63,752 bases of DNA from Rhynchobatus australiae (lineage: Eukaryota). Both the position numbers and the translations under genes were made by a program. The notes under the pieces are model-generated. The model saw nothing but the letters and a program-made list of their open reading frames with translations, did no database searches and had not been told where the DNA came from. The stretch covers positions 3,165,699-3,229,450 of the forward strand of contig JAUZTB010000082.1 of NCBI GenBank assembly GCA_034780895.1, given 5' to 3'. Positions 1 to 12,183 of this stretch are shown in pieces; positions within the stretch are counted from its first letter, which is position 1, and every line of letters begins with the position of its first letter.

Positions 1-559
1 ATCCAGTTTTCATTCCTAACCCTAAACATTATGAGTTTCTCCCTTCAAATATTATTCCCTAGTATACATTTAGTCCTCACCCAGCTCCTCAAAAAACTCA
101 CACTAAACTCCACTGTTACTGCAGATTATCAAATTTCAGCTCTTTGCTTTCTCCTATATTCATTGCTGCCTATATGCAACTGCATATTTGACTTTCTCAT
201 CCAGGTTTCTGCCCTTCGACATCTCCAACCAAGGGCTTTCTCTCCTTGTTTCTTCACACTCTATGCACCCAAATCATCTTTCTCCTAGAGTAAATACGAG
301 CCAGCTCTATTGACAATAAGGGAACTGGTGGACATGCTTAAGTTCACTAGTAAAACCTGTGGATAGGGGTGGTGGAGGCAAAGGTTAAAGAAATAAAAAC
401 TTTTTTGGCAATGTAGGTTATGATCTGAAATATATTGATTGGTGGTTTGGAAAGGAATGCAGATATAATAATAATTTTCAAAAGAAGAATTAGATAAATA
501 TTTAAAAGGGATTAATGTGCAGACTATGGGGAAAAGTAACAGCAGAATTACAACTGACC

Positions 560-900
560 ACAGGTACTGTGTGTGGAGTTGCACATTCTCACTGTATCCT
601 CATGGGTTTCCTTCCACATCCCAAAGAANNNNNNNNNNNNNAATTGGCTGCTGTAAATTACTCCTTGGTGTAGATAATCAGCAGAAGAATCAAAGGGGAG
701 TTGATAGGTACACAAGAGAGAATATAGGGGGAAAATAAAGGGGGGGGGAAGTGGGATTGATGAGATGGCTCTTCTGCCAGCTAACATTGACCAGATTGGC
801 CAAATGGCCTTTAGTATTGTAATAAGTAAGTAGGCTATCAGGGGGAACTAACTGAGTAGCTCTTTCAAAGAGCCAGCACAGGCACAATAAGCCAAAGGAT
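560..900 (+). mobile_element. Degenerate V-domain SINE
   Basis: tgtgtggagttgcacattctc...gggtttcc...ccacatcccaaaga...aattggctgctgtaaatta, shared with many copies in the window. Confidence 0.6.
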
Positions 901-985
901 CTATTGGAGCCAGTTCACAGAAGACCTACTTGGTTAATTCCTGATTCTCATGCCTAAGTGGTGCAATTTGGGCCTACATTCATTG

Positions 986-1380
986 TGGTTTAGAAGAATG
1001 AGAGGTGATTTTACTGAAATGTATAGAATACATGACTCGATAGGGTGAATACTGCGAGGGTGTTTTCTCCAGTGGGGAATCTGGAAGCATGGGGTGTAAT
1101 TTTAAAGACGATGGTCACTGATTTAATACAGAGACAAGGGCGAATTTATTCTTTCAGGTAATATATCTTTGAACTTCTTATCCCAGAGGTGTGGAGTCCA
1201 AATCACTGAATATATTCAAGGCTGAGATAAACATGTTTTTGGATTACATAGGAAGTCAAAGATTATCCAGTTTAAACAGAAAAGTGGAGTTAAAGCCAAG
1301 ATCAGATCAGCTGCATAACCTTATGGCAATGGCAGAGCAGGCTCAAGGGCCTGTATCGCTTTATGTCTGTTGCTAATCCT
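986..1380 (+). mobile_element. CR1-clade LINE 3' fragment (old)
   Basis: agaagaatgagaggtgat (RRMRGD) ... aatatattcaaggctgagata (FKAEI); CR1 ORF2 C-terminus and 3'UTR. Confidence 0.7.
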
Positions 1381-1949
1381 TTGTTCTGCCATGCTATGTG
1401 AATGACTGTTGTCAATGGGATATTGGTTTCTAAGAATTGTTGCAGTGTCTACATGGGAAAGGATACAACTAATTTAGGTGGCATGGAATGTGCTTGGAGA
1501 TAAAGCACTCTAAATGCATGTCCTCACAAGTTGTACACATACTGTATTCTTTGTTTTAACTTTATTGTAACTTTTCAAATCTTTACAATTAAAAATAAAA
1601 TGGCAAAGTCTCCTGTCTCTACCTATCAAAGCTAAATAAGATCAAACATAGCTGGCAGAATAATCCAAATATTCCTCATCCATTTATTTTTCTGCATTGG
1701 GGTTAACCACACACATCCATTCGCCATACTGAAGTTTATATATAAGCAAGGATCATCTCAGAGGCTAACCCTATTTATCAATATGGCAAAGAGAATTATT
1801 CTTTTCAGCAGATGAATAATAGTTTGATCTCTTTCCAATAGCAAGCTAGAACTAGTTGTAATTGGCATGCACTTGGGTCACGTCTGGCACTATTCCCTCA
1901 TTCTCTTCAATGTTATAGCTGTCTTGTAGCTTAGAACTTGAGTTATTAC

Positions 1950-2290
1950 TGCATGGGAGCAGCCCATTTGGCCCACCATCCACACCAGCTCTCCACAGAA
2001 TACTCCAGTCAGTCCCATACCCCATCTCAGTCTCCATAACCCTGCAAAGTTACTTCCCTCAATTGTCTATCCAATCACATGTTGAAATCATTAATCATTT
2101 CCACTTGCATCATCCTTGTAGGCAGCAGGTACCTCTTGCTGTGTAAAAATGTTCTTCCTCACATACCCGTGTATCTCTTGCCTGAAATCTTAGATCTTCC
2201 TTAGTCCTTACACAATCATCTAATGAGAAAACCCTTTGTCTCCCTTATCTTAAACTGTCATAATCTCATACACCTCAATCTTTATCCTTA
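1950..2290 (-). mobile_element. CR1-clade LINE 3' fragment
   Basis: Reverse complement of the CR1 3' end seen elsewhere in the window. Confidence 0.55.
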
Positions 2291-2399
2291 GATTCTCAAA
2301 AAAAAATGACAGAAAACGAGGAAATGTTTGCTGCTGAGAATCCTTCATCTGGTCTGGGATCCACTTCATGCCTATCAGTTTGAATTTAATGATAACATA

Positions 2400-3172
2400 C
2401 TGACAACAAAAGTAGATCTTAAGGGCTCAGCCCCACTCCAGAGACTGGCCACAATCTGGATTAACACTTCAATGCTTTACTGCCATTTTACCAGAGATGC
2501 TTTCTTTCAGAAGAACTGCAAAAGTGAAACCCTATTTGCTTTTCAAGTGGAGGCAGAAGATTCTGACAATAGAAAGAGTTCTCCTGATCAATATTCCAAC
2601 AGTTCTCCCCACCACTCCTTAACTACTAAAACGTGGTTCTCTTTGAAGAAAACATAGGCACGACATGTTTTAAAGTGCCAGCCCCGTTTTCTATGATAAT
2701 ATTCAATATCCTCCAAATTCACTGGCAGGATAAGAGAACTGACATCAAGATTGTTTCCCCGCATCAAGGTCCTAGTTCCACTAAGTCAGCTGCATTGGAA
2801 AGACACATGCCCAACACCAGACTCCTGAAACAAACACTGTTCTGGGCTCCATCGTGGGAAGAGATAAGTAGGCAGGTGTATGGAAAAAAAGTCAGGGACG
2901 TGCTCAAAACCTCAGAGGAGAGGAATACAACATCTTCACCGACTAGGGGAATTTGGGTGGTATTGAGAACTTCAAACTCGTGCATTAGGAGTGTAAAGAG
3001 CTCCACGTAACTGGTGGAAGGCGCACACCACCCCCTAAACTACACACCCCATCAGGGATCTCATGCCCCTTCTGTGGAAGAACCTGTGGTTTCCATATCA
3101 TCCTCAGCCAGCTCAGAATCCACAAAACAGGAGTGAAAACAAGTCTTTAATCCCAAGGGACTGCCTAAGAAG
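2400..3172 (+). mobile_element. RTE-clade LINE 3' fragment
   Basis: Degenerate ILQIHWQDKRT and MPNTRLLKQTLF (RTE ORF C-terminus); 3' end gggactgcctaagaaga. Confidence 0.75.
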
Positions 3173-3399
3173 ATTATAGTAGCAGAAATACTGCTACATC
3201 TCTAAACCTCTTTGGGATGGCTGGAGATCATTGAATGCAATTATTAAATAAATGCAAATCTTTTCTTTCATACTTCCCAATGGAGAGCTAACTACATGAA
3301 AAATGTAGGCAAATCTACAAGTTTGCCTGTCAACACACAATAAATTAGCATAAAATTGTATTAAAATATGTAGACACTTTTGAGAGCTCATCTAGCTAA

Positions 3400-4145
3400 G
3401 AATTGGAATTGGCTTATTATTGTCACATACCAAGGTACGGTGAAAAACTTGTCTTGCATACTGTTCATACAGATCATTGCAATACGATGTCTTCATTAGT
3501 CACACATATATCAAAACAAACAGTGAAATGCATCTTTTGCGTAGAATGTTCTGGGGGCAGCCCACAACTTCCTAACCCGTATATCTTTGGAATGTGGGAG
3601 GAAACCGGAGCACCCGAAGGAAACCCATGCGGACATGGGGAGAACGTACAAACTCCTTACAGTGGCTGGAATTGAACCTGGGTCGCTGTAACAGCAATAC
3701 ACTAACTGCTACACTCCTGTGCCTGCCCCATTACACAATGCATTGGGGTAGTACAAGGTAAAACAAAATGCAGAATGAAGTGCAATGGCTATAGAGAAAG
3801 TGCAGTGCAGGTAGACAAGAAGGTGTAAGGTCATAATGAGGTAGATTGTGAGGTCAAGTCCCTCTTATCATACCAGGGAACCATTCAATAACAGTGCGAT
3901 AGAAGCTGTCCTCGAGTCTGGTGGCATGTGCTTTCAGGCTTTTGTATCCTCCATTGAGAGAGGGAAGAAGAGAGAATATCTGGGGTGGGTGGGGTCTTTG
4001 ATTATGCTGGGTGTTTTACCAAGGCAATGAAAAGTATAGACAGAATCCATGGAGGGGAGGCTGGTTTCTGTGATGTGCTGAGCTGTGTCCACAACTCTGC
4101 AGTTTCTTGCAGTTCCAGTACCAAGCTGTGATGCATCCAGATAGA
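3400..4145 (-). mobile_element. Rex1/Babar-clade LINE 3' end, interrupted by a SINE
   Basis: Reverse of the tail ...tgtgacaataa and of the IIKDPTHP..RxKSLKA coding region. Confidence 0.7.
3490..3728 (-). mobile_element. Young tRNA-headed V-SINE (HE1-like) nested in the Rex1 copy
   Basis: V core gtgggaggaaaccggagcaccc..ggaaaccca; B-box ggttcaattcc on the minus strand. Confidence 0.85.
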
Positions 4146-5099
4146 AAAATGATGCAAGGAAAGAGCTTTATAAGTATTTTCTTCCTGAAAACAGAAGTGA
4201 TTCTTTAAATCCCAGGAGGCACTCAAGGAAACTATCACATTTTACTTAATTGTAGTACATGTTTTTGTTTTAAAATTGACTCAAATTTGCCCTTATGAAT
4301 TCTTAACTTTTGGACAGTTAGGGGCAAGCTTTTAATTTTAAATGATGGAGAAACCGTGCAAGACAGCCAAATGCATCAATTAGGACATACTGCCTGCATC
4401 CCATCATATTGGCTGAGCCTGTCTGTTCATTGTTTAGTTTGGAAGATTCAGAGCATTACTGCACGGAAACCCAAGAGCCTGGCAGACATAAATATGTCAG
4501 AGACTGAACAACAAACACCNNNNNNNNNNNNNNNNNNNNNNNNNNNNNNNNNNNNNNNNNNNNNNNNNNNNNNNNNNNNNNNNNNNNNNNNNNNNNNNNN
4601 NNNNNNNNNNNNNNNNNNNGACTGAACAACAAACACCTTGTTTAGTTTCTGTTTACTTATCTTAATCCATCAAGACAACAGCAATTTCAAAATCACAAGC
4701 CTTGATTCAGTTACAAAGAATGTGAGCAGAATTCTCTTCCTGGTTAGTGATGATGCTGGAGAGCAAGCTCCTTAATACTTTGAAGCATATAGAGTTGGAG
4801 TTTCCACCTGAGCAGGTCTTCCAAATCTGTATAGCCAGCCACACTTCCCCAAGAGCTAACACCAGCTTAAATAGACTCCAATTAATGTGGACCGGTGGAC
4901 TGAGCCCCCAATTATAGGGGACACTAGAAACTAAGTGATGCCCAGCACCTCAGTAGGCAGGAAAGAACACCCCACCACACCAGCAGGTATGCCACATAGA
5001 CTACAACAGTTCAAAAGGGGCAGAGGAGCATCACCTGCTCCAGGTCCAAAAAGCAACTACTGTGCATTCTTTATTTGTCTTCAAGGACATTTCTTATGT

Positions 5100-5395
5100 T
5101 ATGACTAGATAGAAAGGAGCTTTTTGGCCCATCAAGTCTTTGCCAGCTCTCAGAGCATTCCCATCAGTCACATTCCACTGTACCCTATTCTCTCACACCT
5201 ATCAACTCCCCTAATTCTGCCCACACTTTACAATAGGCTGACCATCCAGAACGTCTTTGAGTTGTAGTTGGAAACCTGAGCACAGTTACAGAGAGAATGT
5301 AAAGTCCGCACAGACGACACCAGGAGGTCAGGAATGTACCTCGGTGGCTGGAGCTGTGCAGCAATAGCATTAACTGCTGCACCACTGTGCAGTTC
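5100..5395 (-). mobile_element. Degenerate V-SINE with CR1-like tail
   Basis: ggcccatcaagtct...cagagcattcccatcag...ggaaacctgagcac...acagacgacaccaggaggtcagga. Confidence 0.55.
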
Positions 5396-5543
5396 ATTTA
5401 TGCCCACTGGGCAATAGATAGTGATTGTGCCGGCAACCCATACACGATTTCTCCCCAAAGAGGTTAGTCTTCTGGATCGTACTTGTACAAAAGCTGAAAG
5501 TAATCTTGATTGCAGTGCTGTAGAGTGGGTTATTTTATGCGAT

Positions 5544-5730
5544 AAACTGCTGGAGGAACTCAGGTCAGGTAGTATCTGTGGAGGGAAATGGACAGCTAGC
5601 ATTTCAGATGAAGGATCTTGACCTGGAATATTGACTGTCCATTTCCCTCCACAGATGATGCCTGAGCCACTGAGTCCCTATAGCAGTTTTTTTTTGCTCC
5701 AGATTCCAGCATCTGCAGTCTCGTGTCTCC
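5544..5730. mobile_element. Penelope-like element terminal repeats in inverted arrangement
   Basis: Perfect 22-bp inverted arms at 5574-5595 and 5635-5656, inside the family motif ctgctggaggaactcagcaggtcaggcagcatctgtggag. Confidence 0.7.
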
Positions 5731-8700
5731 ATTGGTAATACCCTTTTAGTCACCTTCCATCATTCACATTGTGAATATTAGAGTGGGTGCTACCCATCCT
5801 CTCCTGGGCACAATACACACTTTTCACATGATATTGGCAGGTGCAATTACCAATCAACAGCTCAATACAAAATAATCCCCAACAAACAGTCTCTTCGCGC
5901 AAAATTAAGTCAGTGCAAAATCCATGGCAGTCTTTGTCAGTAAAATTCAATGGTGAAGGTCCTGGGAGGGAGTGACTACCCAAGAGAAAAAACAGTGGGT
6001 AAACTGCAACTACCAATTTCAGGAGCACTGTCCCTGCTGTTTAGGTATGAGAGGATAGTCACCTATTGGCGCACATTAGCTATGAGGCAAATAACTACTA
6101 AAAATTCTGAGAAACATTTTGTCCTTTGAAGATCAAATAATTTCTTAATTGGCAGTCAACACAATGTTCTTAACACTCAAGGCATCAAAAGTGTTCCAGG
6201 CAGCTGTATAGTCTATTCTTGACATCTGACTGCAGTTTGGAAACATTCTGCTTGTACTAAAGAGTTTCAATTATCAAAGTAACTGCCTGAAATCATTTGT
6301 CCCCTTCAAGTACCATCTTTAATTGTTGACCTTCAAAGACATCCAGCTTCCCATGCAAGTGTAGCCATTGTAAAAGACAGATAAATATTAAGCAGCAAAA
6401 AATTCAGCTTCTGTAGAGCTCACACAACCTGCTGCCCCTGGTCTACTGAGGTTGAGGATATGCATTCATTAAAAAGTACATTATTTAAATCCAGTTCTGC
6501 AACAGTGATTTTTGACCATTGTCAGATGTGGTACAAAGTTTATGGTACTTTTAGGTAGCTGCTATTCACAATTTTCCCAACAGGAGCTGGGGTTTGAGTG
6601 CAGTGGTCAAATCTCTGGTTGCAAGTGGACAAAGCAGTGCAGTCATATTATTCCAGCCTCCCCTTCCCACCATCATCCATCCCTCTTTCCAACTTCCCTA
6701 TTTATCCGAGTCAAGGCCATCAATTAACAAAAACAACCAGTTAGTTTAGCTTTCCTATCTCTGTCATTTAAATCCCTGTGAACTTCACTGCGAGTTTCCT
6801 CCAGGGTTTTCTAACTCTACTGCAACTGCAGCAGAAAAACACTAAAAAAAACTCATGGCAGCAAGAGTTTCCCACCAAATATTTTTCTATGTCAGACACC
6901 TGCAATGTGTTTCCATTGAGAATGGCTTTTAGGAAGTGCTTTGGTAATTTGAGAGAATTGCAGGTACGGTGCTGCCTCATTTTCAACAGGCAGGAACTTG
7001 TATTTGCATGGTGCTTTCAGCAAGGAGTAACATTCTGCTGCTAAATGGGTGATAAGATAAAGCAGCCTAGATTAAGAGAGGTGACCAAAAGCTTGGCCAA
7101 GGAGTTGAGTTTCATAAAGGGTGTTAAATAGCAAAATGATCAGGTGATTGGGTTCAATGGAGAATATTCAAAAGCATGGGGTACAGACAGATGAATGCAC
7201 AGCTGCCACAGTGGGTACTGGGGAGGTGTAAAAAGTTCACTGGATTTGGCAGCAAACTACACAAAACAAGCTTCCTGGCAGAACTTTTTCCTCTCTCTCT
7301 TTTCCCTCCCCCTCCCCCCAATACTTTCATTGGTTTCTCTTTCCCAATAAACTCCCACCTTTGGAAAGATTGGGGTGGGGGAAAAGAAAGAGATGGAAGA
7401 GAGACACAANNNNNNNNNNGGTGAGAAGAGAAAAGGTATCTGAAGAGTGACCTTTTGCGTTTGAGTCACCAGAGATACAAGATGAATCGTGGCACATCTG
7501 GGATTGCTTTGCTGCCTCATTTATCATCCAGCTATGCCAACAGTTTAGGCCAGAAGGTAAAAATATAAAACTTCAATGTTAAAAATCCTGAATTTGTACT
7601 TAATCTTGTTAAAAAATGTTAAACTTTTTTTGTTTAGAAAGAAAGGATCAGAAGAGGGAGAACATTTTACTAGGGAAATATCAGAAGTTAGGAGCCAAAT
7701 AGAAACCAGGAGCTCAAGGGTAATAATCTTTGTACTATTGCCAGACCCCTGTTCATCTTGGCAAAGAAACAGACAGATCACTTGAATTAGCATGTGGTTA
7801 AATATCTGGTGCAAGACAGAAGAGTACCTTTATTTTGTCTGTGAGGTGTGCACATTTATTGCCTTTGGGAAGATAGCACTGAGACTCTTCCAATGAACTA
7901 CTAGAGTACATCCGGTGAATCAACTTCCAAAACTTTACTGGGGAGGGAATTTCAGGATTTAAATCCACTGATATTAAAAGAAACAGTGATAGAATTCTAA
8001 GCAAGGTTTGTTTGTGACCCGAAAGGGAACTGGTGAGAGATATCACTTAATACACATTCTCTGTGGTAGAGATCTCAGGTTTGAGAACTGCTGTTTCAAT
8101 TACTTTGACAATTGACTGCAGTGCATTTTCAAAATGTTATACACTCACAGTGCACTGATGCCAAATGAAGTGGATGGACTACCAATTAAATGGCTGCATT
8201 TTCCTGGATGCTATTGAGTTTGCTGAGTGATGTTGTAGCTGCACTCATCCAGGCAAGTACAGAATATTACATTGCAACTGACCTGTGCCTGAAGATGATG
8301 GAAGGACTTTGGGTGAAGAAATTGCTGCAAAGTCAAAAGCTACTATTTATACAGCTGGTCTATTGTGTCTGGTCATTGGTGCCAACAAGAACAAGATCTC
8401 CACAGTGGTATTGCTATTGATAGTCAGTGGAAGTGGCAAGACTCTTAATCCCCATTGACAGTTTGCTTTGGAACACTAGCAGCAGGATCTCATCCTATCA
8501 TCACCAGTATCTACCTCCAGCACCCACTGAGGCAATTTTCTTTTTGGAGTCAAGATTCCAACCACCTTCTAGGTGCAAAAGTTCTTCCTCCAGTCCCTTC
8601 TAAGCCTCTCTAGCCCTTACCCTTGATGTCTGTTAATTTTTGATATCTCTACAATGGAGAAAGGTTTCCTACTATATTTGTACTTCTCAAACTTCTATCA

Positions 8701-9003
8701 GATCACCCTCAGCCAGAAACAATGGACAAGCTATACATAGTGGCTATAGATATTGCATCAGCAAGGAACGATGCCATTAGCATAGGCTCGATCTGGATTG
8801 AAATGTCTAAAATCAGGATGAGTGTCTGGATAACCTGGATTTATTTTACTTGGAGCAGAAAAGGCTGAGGGTGACCTGATAGAAGTTTGAGGTACAAATA
8901 TAGNNNNNNNNNNNNNNNNNNNNNNNNNNNNNNNNNNNNNNNNNNNNNNNNNNNNNNNNNNNNNNNNNNNNNNNNNNNNNNNNNNNNNNNNNNNNNNNNN
9001 NNN

Positions 9004-9065
9004 CAAACTTACTAACCCACCTATCCACATTTTCATCCAAGTCATTTATGTATATATCACATATT
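9004..9065 (-). mobile_element. CR1 reverse transcriptase fragment (IYINDLDENVDRWVSKF, leading to the catalytic ADD), cut by a gap
   Basis: Translation from the ORF track; adjoining CR1 pieces at 8560-8903. Confidence 0.8.
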
Positions 9066-9129
9066 TGGAGGCATAAGGGGGCATTTGGAGGCACAATCTA
9101 AATTCCGTTAATTAAATAAATCCAGCAGA

Positions 9130-9390
9130 CAAGGCTAGTCACGGTGATAGTGACCATAGAAATACTGAATTGTTGTAAAAACACTTCTAGTTCACTACTA
9201 TCCCTTAGGGAAGGAAATCTGCTGCCCTAACCTAATTGGCAAGCTGCCCAACTATTTTCTGCCATCTGCATTGGTGAAGAATGCCACTCAGTTGTGCCCA
9301 ACCTATAAGAGCTTCACCACACAAACTACAAAATTTCAAGAGAACAGCTTAAGGGCTACTAGCGGAGCATATTATATTTGGTCTTGCAAC
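9130..9390 (+). mobile_element. Second SINE family (gtgaccat...gttgtaaaaac...ttagggaaggaaatctgc); other copies near 28460-28760 and 62770-62990 (minus)
   Basis: Recurrent motif at several loci; the 28460 copy starts with a B-box-like gttcaaatcc. Confidence 0.5.
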
Positions 9391-9420
9391 ATCCCATGAG
9401 AGAATACAAAACAGATAGGA

Positions 9421-10092
9421 GCATTATGACCTTTCCTGGGCCCAGCACAGAGATGCAATCACAAAGAAGGCATCCTAGAAGCTGAAGGAGATTTGGCATC
9501 TCACCAAATACTCTGGCAAACTTCCACGGATGCGCTGTTGAAAGTATCCTGACCAGTTGCACCATGGCAATTCCAATGTACAGGAACGTAAGAGTAGCAG
9601 AGAATAATGGGCACAGCCTGGTGCATGATGGGCACAGCCCTCCCCACCATTGACAGCATTGACAGATGTTGCCTCAAGAAGGCGGCTTCTAACATGAAGG
9701 ATCCCCACCATCCGGGTCATGCTCTCTTGTTACTGCTACTGTCAGGCAGGAGGTACAGAAGCTTAAAGTCCCACACCACCAGGTTCAGGAGCAGCTGCTT
9801 TCCTACAACCATCAGGTTCTTGAATTGACCTGCACGACATTAATCCTACCTCAACAATGGAACACTATAGACCACCTCTTGCACTGCTATAGACTTGACT
9901 CTAACTGCGTGCAGAAACGAGATAAAGACAAAGAGAAAGTCTTTTTTTCTCTTCACTATCTTGTACAATTTATGTATAATTTGCGCTTTGTGTGTTGTCT
10001 GAACCTACATGCCTGTGATGTTGCTGCAAGTAAGTTCTTCATTGTACCTGTACCTCATCGTACTTGTGCATATGACAATAAACTTGACTTAA
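9421..10092 (+). mobile_element. Rex1/Babar-clade LINE 3' end
   Basis: KKAASxxKDPHHPGHAL...SGRRYRSLKSHTTRFRSSCFPTTIRFLN, followed by a 3'UTR ending tgacaataaacttgactt. Confidence 0.85.
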
Positions 10093-10254
10093 TGATCACA
10101 CAATATGTTATTCAACGGCTAAGGTGTAGGTCAATATCGCTTTAACAAAATGTAATGTTTCTTGTTCATAAAGATAAACTAAACTAATTACTGGCCCGGT
10201 GGGTTTTCTTTTCTTTTGTTTAAACATTTTAGACTGTAATATAAATAGAATCAG

Positions 10255-10480
10255 AGGTCATTATGTGTAATTGCTGCTTACTGAAGTTCCTCTTAATTTA
10301 CTTGTTGTTCAGTCAGGGATCTTGACAGATTTTGAGTTGCCAAGCAGCATTTATGGGATTGCTGATCAAAAACATTCAGCATTAACAACTGACCATTAAT
10401 TTTACAGCCATAATAAATTGTGGTGTTTATTTTACAACCGCTAGCTCTTAAAGTAATTGTAACATCTATAATATTGTCTA
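10255..10480. promoter_or_regulatory. Candidate homeobox/Fox-rich enhancer (CNE-like)
   Basis: Non-repeat AT-rich block with TTTATGG, CCATAATAAA, TAATTTTAC, TGACAG and TGTTTATTT. Confidence 0.35.
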
Positions 10481-11680
10481 TGCATGGATAACCTTTTCTT
10501 CAATTATAAAAGTCCATTTTCAAATGTACATTCCTTCTGACCAACTCAGATGAGCTTACTTCCCTGATATATTCCTTCTCCAGCTTTATTTTCTGCAATA
10601 TATTTCTGGAGGCTCCAGCAATCAAGGTGACTTCACATTAACATTCTATTGGAACTCAACTGTGCAATTTTGTTGCATGTTTATGAGGTTCTTAATTCTA
10701 TGTGATCTTTGGATTTGGTGCAGATGCCAGCTAAAAATCAGTGTTTAAGATGCAAGTCATGTTAAAGCAGAATCCTCGTGGTCATACACAACATTGCCAT
10801 TAAATCAGATGAGTTTGCTTGTTGCTATTGGTCTACCTCAATATTATTGACTTGACACTTGGGGAAAACTAGCCTGGTATTAACAGCTGATATCACTGTC
10901 ACCATGGAGGAATACAGAAGAAATGGCCGTACATGTGAAGTATCAAACAGAAAGTTTTAGGCCATTAATATTCGGGGTCTAATTAACTGATTTGTTGCAT
11001 ACTGTTAAAGTGGTTGAATCAACTGATACAAGATAAAGGTTCAAACATTTGAATTGTTTAGTTTTCCTTTTTAATAAATGTCTTAATGATTAAAGTGTAT
11101 GTGTTCTAATTTTTCACCCTTTCCTGAAGGTAACAACTCCATATTTCCCACAACTAATCAACAAGAGGCTGATTCTCATAAATACTGAATGTGGATGGGA
11201 TATTCTAATGCAGGGGATATAATAAGAGGGATCCTGTAATTACCTGATCAAATTAAGTACACAAAGAAGAACAAGGCATTGAATAACAATCTCCATTCTG
11301 ATTTAGACTTCATCATATTTACTTATTGAATCCCACCATTGGTGGCACAGCCAAAGATAGCTGCAGAGCTCACGGATCAAACCCAATTTTCATAGTTTAG
11401 AATTATAATCATAATTCATCTATCTACAAACCCATGGTGTTCTTCAGCAACACCTATCAACATTTACCATCAAAGCTGGGTCACAACTTACTCCTTGCCA
11501 ACAAAACCATATCTGTGTAACTTGCATAGGATTCTGCATTCTTGAAATGTAGAGTGGAAACAGAAGATGACATATCAAAAAGTCAATTATTTTCATTTGA
11601 AACGATTCTATATATTCTGGTTTGAGATGAGTTGTGGCAATACATTTATTTGAATGTTTTGGAACATTCCCTTTTAGAAC

Positions 11681-12183
11681 AAGACCCCACTTGGAGTACT
11701 GTGCTCAGTTCTGGTCGCCTCACTACAGGAAGAATGTGGAAGCCATAGAAGGGGTGCAGAGGAGATTTACAAGGATGCTGTCTGGAATGCGGAGTATGCC
11801 TTATGAAAGCAGGTTGAGGGGGGACCTGATAGAGGTCTATAAGATGATGAGCGGTATTGATGGGGTAGATAGTCAGAGGCTTTTCCCCAGGGCTGAAATG
11901 GTGGCCAAAAGAGGACATAGATTTAAGGTGCTGGGGAGTAGGTATAGAGGAGATGTCAGGGGTAAGTTTTTTACTCAGAGAGTGGTGAGAGCATGGAATG
12001 GGCTGCCAGCAATGGTGGTGAGGTGGATATGATAGGGTCTTTTAAGAGACTATTGGATAGGTACATGGAGCTGAGAAAAATAGAGGGCTATGGGTAAGCC
12101 TAGTAATTTCTAAGGTAGGGACATGTTCAGCACAGCTTTGTGGGCTGAAGGGCCTAAATTATGCTGCAGCTTTTCTATGTTTA
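11681..12183 (+). mobile_element. Young CR1 (HER1-like) LINE, 5'-truncated, with an internal deletion
   Basis: RPHLEYCAQFWSPHYRK...GDLIEVYKMM...FFTQRVVRAWNGLP; tail ttttctatgtt. Confidence 0.92.

Noticed and set aside
4502-4637. 18-bp direct repeat gactgaacaacaaacacc flanking a 100-N gap
   Set aside because: Most likely overlapping contig ends; assembly artefact.
6740-6860. Strong minus-strand acceptor ttttttttagtgtttttctgctgcag
   Set aside because: All three frames close quickly and no good donor follows.
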